A stretch of 64,000 nucleotides of DNA from an uncultured Desulfobacter sp. (GTDB lineage: Bacteria; Desulfobacterota; Desulfobacteria; Desulfobacterales; Desulfobacteraceae), in contig OY762069.1 in assembly GCA_963665095.1 (NCBI GenBank), positions 992,001 through 1,056,000 on the forward strand. Reading direction: 5' to 3'. Position 1 is the stretch's first letter. The number at the start of each line of letters is the position of its first letter. Under the pieces are notes generated by a model, which was not told the DNA's origin, did no database searches, and saw only the letters and a list, made by a program, of their open reading frames with translations. Shown piece by piece: positions 10,904 through 22,163 of the stretch. Both the position numbers and the translations under genes were made by a program.

Positions 10904-11602
10904 CTATTCTTCTTCTGCCGGCATCAGTGTGGCAGGATCCAGGATAAATTTCAGATTTGTCCTGTCACCGTCTTTCAGAACAATGGCTTCAATTTTGTTT
11001 TCTACCGGCACAAGGAATACAGCCTTATCAAACAAATCATTATGCTTTTCCAGTTGGACAGGGAAACCCTTTTCATTTAAAGGTTCTTCTCTGTGACTTT
11101 GCATGGAAAACCAGATAGTAACGCCGAAATCCTGCTGAAGCTGTTTTAAATTCTTTAACGTTTCGGAAAGATCGGTATCGAAATCAAGGCCGTCAATGAT
11201 CATAATCGTAGGAAGCGTAAGATCCGCACCTTTAAAGCTTTTCAGGTAATCCCTGATTTTATCAACATTGAAGGTCGCCTCATTATATGCAATGCCGGTT
11301 TTGTGGTGTCTGATTTCCTCCCAGAGCCGTTCGGCAATCTGGGCATCCACGTATCCGATGCAGTCGATAAGGGTGGTATACCCTTCATCATAACGGATAT
11401 TAATCTTCTCCATGGTATCGCATATACTGACATGAAGTACTTTTTCATCACAGAGCAGACGTGTTAGGGCAATCTGAACCAGAAATCCGGTTTTTCCAAC
11501 ACCAGCCCGGGAAAGTACGGCACCAAACTGGCCGTCTGTGATATTCTGGGCACCAATAGTTTTTTCTGCCGGACTTCTTAGAATGAGGTCATTTTTAAGC
11601 AT
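10904..11602 (-). CDS. RecA/KaiC-like P-loop protein of unknown function
   Basis: Walker A SRAGVGKT, Walker B-like IMIIDG; 26 nt downstream of fusA. Confidence 0.7.
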   Translation of the reverse strand: MLKNDLILRSPAEKTIGAQNITDGQFGAVLSRAGVGKTGFLVQIALTRLLCDEKVLHVSICDTMEKINIRYDEGYTTLIDCIGYVDAQIAERLWEEIRHHKTGIAYNEATFNVDKIRDYLKSFKGADLTLPTIMIIDGLDFDTDLSETLKNLKQLQQDFGVTIWFSMQSHREEPLNEKGFPVQLEKHNDLFDKAVFLVPVENKIEAIVLKDGDRTNLKFILDPATLMPAEEE

Positions 11603-11628
11603 ATTTCCTCTCTTATATCAAAAAGATC

Positions 11629-13716
11629 TTATTTATTTTTAGCTGCTTTTTCTTCGGCTTTTTTCTTGGCAATCTCATCTGACACAGACTGAGGTGCCTG
11701 TTTATAGGAAGAAAATTCCATTGTGAACTGGGCTTTGCCCTGGGTCGCAGATCTTAAAACAGTTGAAAAGCCGAACATATCAGACAAAGGTACCTGGGAT
11801 TCAATGACTGACATGGTGCCTTCCTCCTGGGACCCCTGAATAATACCGCGCCGCTGGTTTATCAGGCCCATGCAGGCACCTTGAAACTCGTTGGGGGTCT
11901 CAATAACCACCTTCATGATAGGTTCCATGATTACGGGTCTGGCTTTATGATAAGCTTCAAGGAATCCGCCTCTGGCCGCTGCCTGAAATGCCATTTCAGA
12001 TGAGTCAACCGCATGATATGCACCGTCTTCAAGTGTCACCTTAATGCCGGTAACAGGAAATTCAAGACTGGGACCCTTTGCAAGGCAGTCTGCAAATCCT
12101 TTTTCACAGGCCGGGATATACTGGGTGGGGATTCTCCCGCCAGTAACTTTGTTTACAAATTCAAACTCTTCCTCAGTGGGCTCCATAAAACCGGAAACAC
12201 GGCCGAACTGACCTGCACCACCGGTCTGTTTTTTATGGGTATAGTTGAACGGCGCTTTCTGGGTAATGGTTTCCCTGTAGGCAACCCGGGGCTGTCCAGT
12301 AATAACTTCTGCCTTGTACTCACGCTTCATACGCTCCACATATACTTCCAGATGAAGCTCACCCATCCCCTGGATAATAGTGTCGCCTGTTTCGTGGTCT
12401 ACGTATGTTTTGAACGTTGGATCCTCTTTGGTAAATCGATTCAACGCCTTGGACATATTAATCTGGGCTTTGTTGTCTTTGGGTGTGATGGACAGGGAGA
12501 TGACCGGTTCCATGACATGCATGGCCATCATGGAGTAGTTGATACCCGGAGATACAAAGGTGTCGCCGGAGGCACAGTCTATACCGAACATAGCACCGAT
12601 ATGGCCTGCCGGAACCGCTTCCACGTCCTCCATCTGGTTGGAGTGCATACGGATCAATCGACCGATCTTGACCTTTTTGCCATCCCTTGCGTTGATAAGC
12701 GTGTCACCTTTTTTAACACACCCCTGGTAAACGCGAATATAAGTTAACTGGCCATATTGCCCATCCTCCAGTTTAAAGGCCAGTGCGACTGACGGCTTGT
12801 CAAAGTCACTCTCCAGGACAATCGTTTCCTCGTTATTATCAAGATCAAGGGCCTCGTTTCTGATATCAAGCGGACAGGGAAGGTAATTGATAACAGCATT
12901 AAGCAGAGGCTGAACCCCCTTGTTTTTATAGGCAGAGCCCAGAAAAACAGGGGTCATTTCCCGGGCGATGGTACCTGTTCTCACCGCTGTCATAACCATC
13001 TCTTCAGTAATTTCTGCTTCTTCAAGGATGGCATCAGTAAGTTCTTCAGAAAAAAGCGACACGGCATCAATCATCTCTTCACGAGCGATTTCGGTATCCT
13101 CCTGCAACTCAGCAGGGATTTCAGCTTCAACCATCTTTTCCCCGTTGTCGCCTTCAAAATAAAAGGCCTTCATTTTTACCAGATCCACAAGCCCCTGGTG
13201 CTTGTCTTCCAATCCTATGGGAAGTTGCATCATAATGGAGTTATGGCCCAGTTTATCTTTGAGCTGTTTGCAGACTTTAAGCGGATTGGCACCGGAACGG
13301 TCGCATTTATTAACAAAAGCGATGCAGGGAACTTGATAGCGTTTCATCTGCTGGTCAACCGTAATGGACTGAGACTGAACCCCGGATACGGAGCACAGAA
13401 TAAGAACAACACCGTCCAGTACCCGCAGGGAACGCTCTACTTCCACAGTAAAATCCACATGGCCCGGAGTGTCAATAATATTAACATCATGACTGTCCCA
13501 TTCGCAATGTGTGGCGGCAGAGGCAATGGTGATGCCTCTTTCCTTCTCTAACTCCATGGAGTCCATAACCGCGCCAGTGCCGTCTTTGCCCCTGACTTCA
13601 TTTATTTTATGAATTCGGTTGGTGTAAAAAAGAATCCGTTCAGTAAGCGTGGTCTTACCGGAATCAATGTGGGCACTAATTCCAATATTTCTTACCCGTT
13701 TAAGATCTCTGATCAT
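11629..13716 (-). CDS. fusA: Elongation factor G (spdEFG1 / mitochondrial EF-G1-like type)
   Basis: [64 protein letters not shown]. Confidence 0.95.
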   Translation of the reverse strand: MIRDLKRVRNIGISAHIDSGKTTLTERILFYTNRIHKINEVRGKDGTGAVMDSMELEKERGITIASAATHCEWDSHDVNIIDTPGHVDFTVEVERSLRVLDGVVLILCSVSGVQSQSITVDQQMKRYQVPCIAFVNKCDRSGANPLKVCKQLKDKLGHNSIMMQLPIGLEDKHQGLVDLVKMKAFYFEGDNGEKMVEAEIPAELQEDTEIAREEMIDAVSLFSEELTDAILEEAEITEEMVMTAVRTGTIAREMTPVFLGSAYKNKGVQPLLNAVINYLPCPLDIRNEALDLDNNEETIVLESDFDKPSVALAFKLEDGQYGQLTYIRVYQGCVKKGDTLINARDGKKVKIGRLIRMHSNQMEDVEAVPAGHIGAMFGIDCASGDTFVSPGINYSMMAMHVMEPVISLSITPKDNKAQINMSKALNRFTKEDPTFKTYVDHETGDTIIQGMGELHLEVYVERMKREYKAEVITGQPRVAYRETITQKAPFNYTHKKQTGGAGQFGRVSGFMEPTEEEFEFVNKVTGGRIPTQYIPACEKGFADCLAKGPSLEFPVTGIKVTLEDGAYHAVDSSEMAFQAAARGGFLEAYHKARPVIMEPIMKVVIETPNEFQGACMGLINQRRGIIQGSQEEGTMSVIESQVPLSDMFGFSTVLRSATQGKAQFTMEFSSYKQAPQSVSDEIAKKKAEEKAAKNK

Positions 13717-14088
13717 TTGATTATGTCCTTAAAAATAAAAATATCCTTTGAAACAATAAAAATCCGCGACCATTGCCAAAGGCACTGCCGATATGTTTCA
13801 TACTATGGGTTTGTTATGATTTAATTAATGGTTACCTGGAAAATAAAATGCCAAATAAAATAAAAATAATAAAATATACTATTTCTAGATAAAAATCAAT
13901 TAAAACTTTTATTTTTCCAATTGGTTAAGAAAAGATATTATATGGTCAATATATACTCTTCTTTAATGCGGTCACAAGGTTGCTGTTTACAAAACTATTT
14001 TCAAATTTTGATAAACAGGTTTTCGTTGAACTTAGAGGGGTTAAAATATAGGATTGTCTATCTTTAAAATTTTATTGAAGGAGGATAG

Positions 14089-15069
14089 TTGAACAGAACA
14101 GCTATAATGGTATTTATACTGATCCTGTGTGGACTGGTAATAAATGCCTCTGCCAATCAGGAAGTCTTCGACAAAGGAATTCATCTTCTAAGACAGGGGA
14201 AGTTTAATGCTGCTGTGGATGTTTTTTCCCAGGTAATCGATCAGGAACCGTCAAACCGGGATGCCTACCGGAACAGAGGGGTTGCATATATTAAACTGAA
14301 TAAATTTGATGCCGCTATCTCTGATTTTGAAGCTGCACTGAAAGCTGGAGCAGACCATAACGGCATTTATTCAAATCTTGGTGTGGCCTGGTATTACAAG
14401 CAGGATTATCCCAAAGCTATTTTATACTGCAATAAGGAAATTGAACTCAATCCCAATAATCATTATGCTTATTTTAACCGGGCACTTTGCTGGGCCGCAT
14501 CAGAAAAATTTGACAAAGCCTATTCGGATGTTCTTAAAAGCCTTGATTTGAAATCCAGTTATTATCCTGCCCTTTGCCTGAAAGCAGATCTGCTGGTTGA
14601 GACAGGGGAGGAGTCAGCGGCTATTGAGACATACAAAACAGCCTACCATCTTGCACCCGATCAGGATTACGCCGCTAAACGACTGGCTGACATGGGAGCC
14701 CCCCCAAAGACTGCCCAGCCCATGACCAATAAATCAACCCGGGAAGCACTTCCTCAAACGCTCCCGTCGTTAAATTCATCTGCTGTTCCCCCTCCTGAAA
14801 AAAAGACAGCCCCCCCCAATATAGCTGCCCAATATGCCCTGCAGGTGGGAGGATTTAAGATTAAAGAAAATGCAGAGCGCATGAAAATTAAATTATCCAA
14901 TAAGGGATTATCTCCCCGAATTCTTGAAATAGAAGACTCCGGCGGCAACCACTGGCACCTTGTTCGTATAGGGGCATATAAAACCCAAGCGCTTGCCCAA
15001 AAGGCGCTGGAGCAGACACGTGACCTGCTTGGAATTGACGTTGTGATAAGACCTTATGGCAAATTATAG
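14089..15069 (+). CDS. Exported TPR-repeat protein with C-terminal SPOR domain
   Basis: Hydrophobic signal peptide, TPR repeats (AYRNRGVAY, YSNLGVAW, AYFNRA), Pro-rich linker, YALQVGGF...NA...WHLVRIGAY. Confidence 0.85.
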   Translation: MNRTAIMVFILILCGLVINASANQEVFDKGIHLLRQGKFNAAVDVFSQVIDQEPSNRDAYRNRGVAYIKLNKFDAAISDFEAALKAGADHNGIYSNLGVAWYYKQDYPKAILYCNKEIELNPNNHYAYFNRALCWAASEKFDKAYSDVLKSLDLKSSYYPALCLKADLLVETGEESAAIETYKTAYHLAPDQDYAAKRLADMGAPPKTAQPMTNKSTREALPQTLPSLNSSAVPPPEKKTAPPNIAAQYALQVGGFKIKENAERMKIKLSNKGLSPRILEIEDSGGNHWHLVRIGAYKTQALAQKALEQTRDLLGIDVVIRPYGKL

Positions 15070-15166
15070 ACAAGCAGGGCAGGATGTACAGATTTGCCAG
15101 TCAGTTAAATTAAACCCGGTTAAAAATATATCCTAATTTTAATAAACTAAACCGATTAAGAATGAC

Positions 15167-15835
15167 ATGAAAACGTTTTCAACCTGTCTTGAAAAAGGTG
15201 CCAAAATCTTAAACTTACCCTTGACACCGGCACAAATAATTTTAATGACCATCCATGCCCGGGAGCTTTTGCACTGGAATACAAAAATGAATTTGACTGC
15301 CATAACAAGTGCCAAAGATGTGGCAGAAAAACATTTTTTAGATACCCTGGCTGCAAGTCAATTTTTAATTCAGGCCGGCAGGATAATGGATATTGGGTCT
15401 GGTGGTGGATTTCCAGGCATTCCTTTGAAGATCACCTGCCCAAATCTTGATCTTACCATGGTGGACGCCGTAAGAAAAAAAGTCAGCTTTTTAAACCATG
15501 TTATAAGGACAGCAGACCTGTCAGGCATTACTGCCCTGCATGCCAGGATGGAACTGCTGGCCAAAGATCCACAACATTCTCACAGATATGATGCTGTCAC
15601 TGCCCGCGGGTTTGCCAACCTCGAAAAACTGGCAGACCTCGCGCTTCCGATGCTGACTCCAGGAGGCAGCATTTTTGCGCTGAAAGGCAGCCATGGTCCG
15701 GAGGAAGTTACGCCACTGCTTCATAAACGGTTTCACATCAGCAATACCCAGTACCACCTGCCTTTTGGAAATGATCAACGGTTTATTATTATTCTTAAGC
15801 CCAGGCAGGCCTTTTGTTCCAATACGACTGCCTGA
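15167..15835 (+). CDS. rsmG: 16S rRNA m7G527 methyltransferase
   Basis: WNTKMNLTAI, KHFLD, DIGSGGGFPGIPL, TARG, ALKG. Confidence 0.93.
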   Translation: MKTFSTCLEKGAKILNLPLTPAQIILMTIHARELLHWNTKMNLTAITSAKDVAEKHFLDTLAASQFLIQAGRIMDIGSGGGFPGIPLKITCPNLDLTMVDAVRKKVSFLNHVIRTADLSGITALHARMELLAKDPQHSHRYDAVTARGFANLEKLADLALPMLTPGGSIFALKGSHGPEEVTPLLHKRFHISNTQYHLPFGNDQRFIIILKPRQAFCSNTTA

Positions 15836-15981
15836 TTTTTATTGGTCAAAAAGGCTTCAGGCTGTGACCTTTGGAGATCAAAGGTCGCATAATTCTTGAC
15901 TTTTTTAGTGGCTGCCTTTACAAAGGAAAGTTCGACAATAAGATCTAACAAAATGCGACAGGCAAAAGGAATATAAGGATA

Positions 15982-18774
15982 ATGGATTATAAAAAAACAC
16001 TGAATCTGCCTTCCACCCAATTTGCAATGAAGGCCAACCTTCCCCAGCGCGAACCTGAAATGATCAAAGCCTGGGAGCAAAAAAAAATATATGAAAAACT
16101 TCGGGAACAGTCCAAAGATAAACCCCTTTTTATACTCCACGACGGCCCTCCTTATGCCAATGGCCATCTTCACATGGGCCATGCCATCAACAAAATTTTA
16201 AAGGATATTATTGTCCGTTCCCGTCAGATGTGCGGCTTTAATGCGCCTTATGTGCCGGGCTGGGACTGCCACGGACTGCCCATTGAACATAATGTGGACA
16301 AAAAACTGGGCAGCAAGAAAAAGGACATGACCCCGGTGCAGGTGCGCCGGGAGTGTCGTGCCTATGCGGCATCATTTGTGGATATTCAAAGAGAAGAGTT
16401 CAAGCGGTTTGGCGTTGCCGGCGAATGGGATGAGCCCTACCTTACCATGAATTATCCCTACGAGGCCCGTATTGCAAAAGAGTGCGGGGAATTTGCCCTG
16501 TCAGGGGATATGTTCCTGGGCAAAAAACCAATTTACTGGTGCTGTAACTGCCAGACCGCCCTGGCTGAGGCAGAAATTGAATACCATGACCACGCCTCAC
16601 CCTCCATTTTTGTTAAGTTTCCTGTGAAGGATAATGCCAAAGATCTTTTTGATGCCCAGGGCCAGCCCGTATCCATTGTTATCTGGACCACCACACCCTG
16701 GACCCTGCCGGCCAATTTAGGGATCTGCCTGCATCCAGATTTTATCTATGCGGCCGTGAAGACAGAATCCCAGGGAATCCTGATCATGGCAAAGGAACTC
16801 GTGGATAGTGTCATGGCTCAGTTTGGCATGGATAATTTTTCCATTGTGGCGGAACTGTCTGCCAAAGACCTTGAAAACCGCACCTGCAGCCATCCATTCT
16901 ATGACAGGGACTCTTTGATTATTCTTGGGGAGCATGTCACCTTGGAAGCGGGTACCGGCTGTGTCCATACCGCACCCGGCCATGGTGCAGACGACCATAT
17001 AGTGGGGAAACGCTATGACCTTGACTGCTACTCTCCGGTGGAAGACAACGGCACCTTTTCAAATGACGTCGAGATGTTTGCAGGCCAGTTTATTTTCAAG
17101 GCCAATGCTGAAATTATAAACACCCTGGAGGATCGTGGTGCCCTGCTTAAACAGGAGAACATGTCCCACTCCTATCCCCACTGCTGGCGGTGTAAAAAGC
17201 CGGTAATTTTTCGGGCAACACCCCAGTGGTTCATCTCCATGGATGACCTGAACCTGCGCGGAAAGGCCCTTGAGGAGATAAACAATGTTCAGTGGATTCC
17301 TTCCTGGGGCAGGGAGCGTATCTATTCCATGATTGAGCATCGCCCGGACTGGTGTCTCTCCCGTCAGCGCTCCTGGGGGGTTCCCATTCCGGTGTTCCAC
17401 TGCAAGGCATGCAAAAAAATATATGTTACCCGTGAATCTGTGGACCGGATTCATCAGCTCTTCACGGAACACTCCTCAGATATCTGGTTTGAAAAAGAGG
17501 CTGGGTTTCTCATGCCTGAGGGCGCGGTTTGTCAATGCGGCTCAAAGGAATTTACCAAGGATCACAACATCCTGGATGTCTGGTTCGATTCCGGGGTCAG
17601 CCATGCAGCCGTGCTTGAAGAAAGGCAGGGGCTGCAGCGGCCGGCAGATATGTACCTCGAAGGCTCTGACCAGCACAGGGGGTGGTTTCACTCCTCACTG
17701 CTGACAGCTGTGGGCAGAACCGGCCATGCCCCGTATAAGGCAGTATTAACCCACGGCTTTGTGGTAGATGAAAAGGGACACAAGATGTCCAAATCTGTGG
17801 GCAATGTTGTGGCACCGGACAAGGTGATCAAACAATACGGTGCGGACGTACTTCGTCTGTGGGCGGCCTCAGCAGATTACCGTGGGGATGTCAGCATTTC
17901 AGATAACATCATCAAACAGCTTTCCGATGCCTACCGCCGAATCAGAAACACATGCCGGTTTTTGCTTGGCAATCTCACCGGGTTTGATGCAACCCAAATT
18001 CGTCCTGTTGACCAAATGGAAGAACTGGACCGGTTTATTCTTCATCGGCTTCATTATGTGGTGAAACGGTGCAGGGCAGCCTATGACGCTTATGAATTCC
18101 ATGTAATTTACCACACGCTTCACAATTTCTGTGTGGTGGATCTCTCCTCCTTTTACCTGGATATCGTCAAAGACCGGCTTTATACCTGTCCTGAAGATTC
18201 AGATGGTCGCAAAGATGCCCAGACCACCATGTATATGATTCTGGATGCCCTTGTCAGGATTATGGCCCCGATTCTTCCCTTTACTGCGGAAGAGGTATAT
18301 ACCCATATGCCTCTGGGGGACAGCCGCTGTGAAAGTATCCACATGGAGGACATGATCAGCCTTGATGATTCTTTGGAAGACAATGCGCTTGCGGGCAAGT
18401 GGGAAAATATCCGAGCCCTTCGTGCTGAAGTAACCAAAGCACTGGAAGAGGCAAGGGGAACTAAGCTTATCGGACATCCTCTGGATGCGTCAGTTGAAAT
18501 TAAACTGCCCAAGGGCGACCTTGCCGATGAGATCGCGTCATTAAATGTCAGCCTTAATGATATCTTTATCGTATCACACGCCACCGTGGTAGATACAATT
18601 GAAGGAGAGGCTTACCAGGGCAAGGAGATTGAAGGTCTGGTCATAAAGGTGACAAAAGCCAAGGGCGAAAAATGTGAGAGGTGCTGGCGGTTTGATGAAA
18701 ATTTAGGCACTGATTCTGAATATCCCGGAGCCTGCCCGCGTTGTACCGAGGCGCTTAAAACCATCCAGAGCTGA
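15982..18774 (+). CDS. ileS: Isoleucine-tRNA ligase (type 1)
   Basis: [31 protein letters not shown]-terminal CERCW...CPRC. Confidence 0.98.
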   Translation: MDYKKTLNLPSTQFAMKANLPQREPEMIKAWEQKKIYEKLREQSKDKPLFILHDGPPYANGHLHMGHAINKILKDIIVRSRQMCGFNAPYVPGWDCHGLPIEHNVDKKLGSKKKDMTPVQVRRECRAYAASFVDIQREEFKRFGVAGEWDEPYLTMNYPYEARIAKECGEFALSGDMFLGKKPIYWCCNCQTALAEAEIEYHDHASPSIFVKFPVKDNAKDLFDAQGQPVSIVIWTTTPWTLPANLGICLHPDFIYAAVKTESQGILIMAKELVDSVMAQFGMDNFSIVAELSAKDLENRTCSHPFYDRDSLIILGEHVTLEAGTGCVHTAPGHGADDHIVGKRYDLDCYSPVEDNGTFSNDVEMFAGQFIFKANAEIINTLEDRGALLKQENMSHSYPHCWRCKKPVIFRATPQWFISMDDLNLRGKALEEINNVQWIPSWGRERIYSMIEHRPDWCLSRQRSWGVPIPVFHCKACKKIYVTRESVDRIHQLFTEHSSDIWFEKEAGFLMPEGAVCQCGSKEFTKDHNILDVWFDSGVSHAAVLEERQGLQRPADMYLEGSDQHRGWFHSSLLTAVGRTGHAPYKAVLTHGFVVDEKGHKMSKSVGNVVAPDKVIKQYGADVLRLWAASADYRGDVSISDNIIKQLSDAYRRIRNTCRFLLGNLTGFDATQIRPVDQMEELDRFILHRLHYVVKRCRAAYDAYEFHVIYHTLHNFCVVDLSSFYLDIVKDRLYTCPEDSDGRKDAQTTMYMILDALVRIMAPILPFTAEEVYTHMPLGDSRCESIHMEDMISLDDSLEDNALAGKWENIRALRAEVTKALEEARGTKLIGHPLDASVEIKLPKGDLADEIASLNVSLNDIFIVSHATVVDTIEGEAYQGKEIEGLVIKVTKAKGEKCERCWRFDENLGTDSEYPGACPRCTEALKTIQS

Positions 18775-19268
18775 TGCAAAAGTTTTCAGCATCCATACTT
18801 CGGCTGGTTCTGGTCAGTACAGGTGTGCTGGCCTTGGACCAGTTGACCAAGTGGCTGATCACCATACATGTGCCGCTTTATTCTCAGATTGCTGTTATTG
18901 ATAATTTTTTTAATATCAATCATGTATTAAACCCGGGCGGGGCGTTTGGTTTTTTTGCCGATCAGTCCCCCGGGATCAGAAAATTTGTTTTTCTGTTCCT
19001 GTCCTCTGCTGTGGCACTGTTCGTTTTCTGGCTGTACCGAAAAACAGCTCAGACCCATCGGTTTTTGTCCTATGGCCTGGCGCTTATCTTTGCCGGAGCT
19101 TTGGGCAATTTGATTGACCGGTTCCGTTTCGGCATGGTGGTTGATTTTCTGGATTTTTATGTGGGCGCCTATCACTGGCCGGCATTTAATGTGGCAGATT
19201 CCGCCATTACCGTGGGCATGGGGATACTTATCTACCATGTGGTATTGAATAAGCTGCCTGAGTTATAG
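18774..19268 (+). CDS. lspA: Lipoprotein signal peptidase II
   Basis: DQLTK, NPGGAFG, GALGNLIDR, VVDFLD, FNVAD. Confidence 0.96.
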   Translation: MQKFSASILRLVLVSTGVLALDQLTKWLITIHVPLYSQIAVIDNFFNINHVLNPGGAFGFFADQSPGIRKFVFLFLSSAVALFVFWLYRKTAQTHRFLSYGLALIFAGALGNLIDRFRFGMVVDFLDFYVGAYHWPAFNVADSAITVGMGILIYHVVLNKLPEL

Positions 19269-19282
19269 TAAGGATTGTTATT

Positions 19283-20053
19283 ATGCACCCGATTCTTTTT
19301 CAGGCCGGCAGTCTGAAACTTTATACATACGGACTTTTTGTTGCCCTAGGCTTTATCACTGCCATCTGGTTTACAAAGCGCAATGCTAAAGCTTACGCGA
19401 TTTCAGACGAGATGGTGTCTGATCTTTTTTTTACGGTGCTTATTTCAGCCCTGGTTGGGGCCAGGGTACTTTATATACTCATTAATCTGGATGCCTACAC
19501 AAACAACTTTCTGGATATCTTTAAAATCTGGAATGGCGGCCTTGTCTTTTTCGGCGGTTTTTTAGGCGCCACCTTGGCTGCCATCATATTTTTGCGCATA
19601 AAAAGAATGCCCATCTGGAAAACAGCGGATATGATTGCCCCGGGCCTGGCACTGGGACATTCAGTAGGACGGATCGGCTGTTTTTTCGCCGGCTGCTGTT
19701 ACGGGAAAGCCTGCAGTCTGCCCATTGCCATCACATTCACCAATCCTGACAGCCTTGCGCCTTTACATGTAGCACTGCATCCCACCCAGATCTATATGAT
19801 AACCTCTAATTTTATCCTCTTTCTGATTCTTATGGCCATTCAGCGGCGCAAGCGTTTCAACGGTATGGTTTTTTTAAGTTATGTCATGCTGTATTCGTTG
19901 TTCCGCTCGTTCATAGAGTTTTTCCGCGGCGATTTCAGAGGTAATTTCTTTTTTGATTTTCTCTCGCTGTCCCAGGGTATTGGGCTGACCGTCTCCTGTG
20001 TTGCCCTTGCATTTATGATTATCAAGGTCAGATCGTCCCATGGCAGCCGGTAA
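19283..20053 (+). CDS. lgt: Prolipoprotein diacylglyceryl transferase
   Basis: YG, GARVLY, WNGGLVFFGG, GRIGCF, HPTQIY, EFFR. Confidence 0.93.
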   Translation: MHPILFQAGSLKLYTYGLFVALGFITAIWFTKRNAKAYAISDEMVSDLFFTVLISALVGARVLYILINLDAYTNNFLDIFKIWNGGLVFFGGFLGATLAAIIFLRIKRMPIWKTADMIAPGLALGHSVGRIGCFFAGCCYGKACSLPIAITFTNPDSLAPLHVALHPTQIYMITSNFILFLILMAIQRRKRFNGMVFLSYVMLYSLFRSFIEFFRGDFRGNFFFDFLSLSQGIGLTVSCVALAFMIIKVRSSHGSR

Positions 20054-21314
20054 GGGGGCTGTTAAATACAAGGCCCTGTCCCAGGCCCTTGATACACAAA
20101 CACAGGGGAACAGTATCAAGGTTTTTCTGGTCTGCGGAGAAGCTTTTTTGGTGCGGCAGGCCTTTGATACAGTGGTGAATACCCTGCTTACAACAGATGA
20201 AAAACAGTTTGCCCTTGAGGTGGTGGATGGAAAAACCACTCCTGTGGGGGAAATCGTTGAACAGGCCGGTACATTTTCCTTTCTATGCCCCAAAAAAGTG
20301 ATTGCGTTGAAAAATGCGCCGCTATTTTCAGTCAAAACCCAGGCCGGTGAAATCAGTTATACCCCAAAGGATATGGATATTTTATCCGCACTGGTTGAAA
20401 AGGGACTGCCGGACAATCATGTCCTTATCATTACGACAGATCCCCCTGACCGCAGAAAAAAATTATACAAGCTCATTTTAGAGCATGGAATGGTGGTGGA
20501 CTGCACCGTTGCAACCGGGTCCAGAAAGGCGGATATCGAAGAGCAGCAGACGGTTCTCAGGGATATTGCCTCTCAAACCTTATCAAAGACAGGTAAAAGA
20601 CTGGACCCTGATGGATTTGCCGCCCTTGTGGACCAGACCGGGTTCAATCCGGAAGTATTTGCAAATGCAATTGAAAAGCTCGTTGCCTATGTCGGCGCCA
20701 GTCCCCGGATTTCGACTAAAGACATCAGGGCTGTGGTGCATAAAGACAAAAAAGATCCCATATTCACCCTGACCAACGCCGTGATGGACAAGGATGCGGC
20801 AACGGCAATAACGCTTTTGTCGGGCTTGTTTGAAAACGGATTTCATCCCCTTCAGATTTTAAAAACCCTGGAAAATCAGCTTAGAAAACTTCTTGCCGTT
20901 AAATGCTTTACTGCCGGCCTCAACAACAATAGGGCAGGGCAGCCATCGTTAAAAAACATGCCATTCAATGCATTTAAGCAGATGCTGTTACCGGCAGTTG
21001 TTGACCGGGACAAAAAAATATTGGAACTGGATCAGGAAAATCAGCACCTTTTTTCAGGAAACCAGGATGAAAAAACGTCTAAAAAAAGCAGTCAGAAACC
21101 GGCAAATGACCTTTTACTGGCTCCTAATCCTAATAATGCCTATCCGATATTTCAGACCTTTTTAAAATCTGAAAATTTTACCCTGAAGGAACTGACCTCA
21201 GCCCTGGAAAGACTTGCAGATTTTGATTTTAATATTAAGTCATCCGGAGCGGATGCTGTGACCGGGCTTGAAAATTTTATTCTAAGGCTGTGCCGGCAGG
21301 ACCGGCGTTCCTGA
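20040..21314 (+). CDS. holA: DNA polymerase III delta subunit
   Basis: FLVCGEAFLV, DRRKKLYK, IEKLVAY, IFTLTNAV, HPLQIL, DFNIKSS. Confidence 0.75.
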   Translation: MAAGKGAVKYKALSQALDTQTQGNSIKVFLVCGEAFLVRQAFDTVVNTLLTTDEKQFALEVVDGKTTPVGEIVEQAGTFSFLCPKKVIALKNAPLFSVKTQAGEISYTPKDMDILSALVEKGLPDNHVLIITTDPPDRRKKLYKLILEHGMVVDCTVATGSRKADIEEQQTVLRDIASQTLSKTGKRLDPDGFAALVDQTGFNPEVFANAIEKLVAYVGASPRISTKDIRAVVHKDKKDPIFTLTNAVMDKDAATAITLLSGLFENGFHPLQILKTLENQLRKLLAVKCFTAGLNNNRAGQPSLKNMPFNAFKQMLLPAVVDRDKKILELDQENQHLFSGNQDEKTSKKSSQKPANDLLLAPNPNNAYPIFQTFLKSENFTLKELTSALERLADFDFNIKSSGADAVTGLENFILRLCRQDRRS

Positions 21315-21367
21315 AAAAGGACTCCGGCCTGCCGCTAATTTTTACACATTACTTATGATACCTGTCC

Positions 21368-22105
21368 TTATTCAGGGATCGGCTCTGTTTCACCGGGCAG
21401 CCCCTTGAATACCTTTTTTTCAAAAAGTGCACCAGTGGGACAAACTTCGACGCACTGGCCGCAATGGGTGCAGGCGTCATAATTCACAATGGGGTACCAC
21501 CCCTCGGGATGATCTGCCCTGCGGCCAAAGGGTTCGGGTATGGCCAGGTTGACCTGGATTTCATTGCAGGCCTGGATGCACCGGCCGCAGCCAATACACC
21601 TTGAGTAGTCCCGGACAATCATGGGCGTGACGTCGTCCAGGGGATGGTCCTGCCAATTGAGATCCTTTTCAGTCACTTTAACATTGTACTCAATGGCAAG
21701 ATCCTGGAGTCTGCAATGTCCATAGGAGGGACAAAGGGTATCGTGCCAGGGCTGGGCCATGATATTCATCTGGTTATCTGTCCAGTCTTCCCAGGAGTCT
21801 TCCATCAGCAGACAGTTATGGGACCCTGAGGTAATCATCATTTCCAGAATGGTTCTCCTGGCCTCTTTAACCAGGGGGCTGTGGGTGAGAATAATCATGT
21901 TTTTTCCGGCTGGTGTCTCGCAGGCCGGCAGAAGCTCGGACGCACCTTTTACCTCCACCACACAAATCCTGCACTGGCCAGTAGGTGCGCACGGGGGCAG
22001 ATAGCACAAAGTGGGAATGTCAATATTATTTTCCCGGGCCACTTCCAGAATGGTTTGTCCCGGTTGAAAAGAAACCTTGTTGTTATTTATGGTCAGACAG
22101 GGCAT
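21368..22105 (-). CDS. FdhA/NuoG N-terminal-like Fe-S protein (2Fe-2S plus 4Fe-4S clusters), no catalytic domain
   Basis: IPTLCY...GQCRICVVE...AC, HNC...C, CIGCGRCIQAC, CTHCGQCVEVCP; ends in TAA. Confidence 0.85.
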   Translation of the reverse strand: MPCLTINNNKVSFQPGQTILEVARENNIDIPTLCYLPPCAPTGQCRICVVEVKGASELLPACETPAGKNMIILTHSPLVKEARRTILEMMITSGSHNCLLMEDSWEDWTDNQMNIMAQPWHDTLCPSYGHCRLQDLAIEYNVKVTEKDLNWQDHPLDDVTPMIVRDYSRCIGCGRCIQACNEIQVNLAIPEPFGRRADHPEGWYPIVNYDACTHCGQCVEVCPTGALFEKKVFKGLPGETEPIPE

Positions 22106-22163
22106 TTGTCTTCCTTTCTATTAAATCATCAACTTTAAAGCATCAATGCCGCGGATATAAAAG

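Noticed and set aside
21330..21400. Selenocysteine readthrough extending the FdhA-like Fe-S protein
   Set aside because: The stop is TAA, and the downstream DNA is the convergent holA gene
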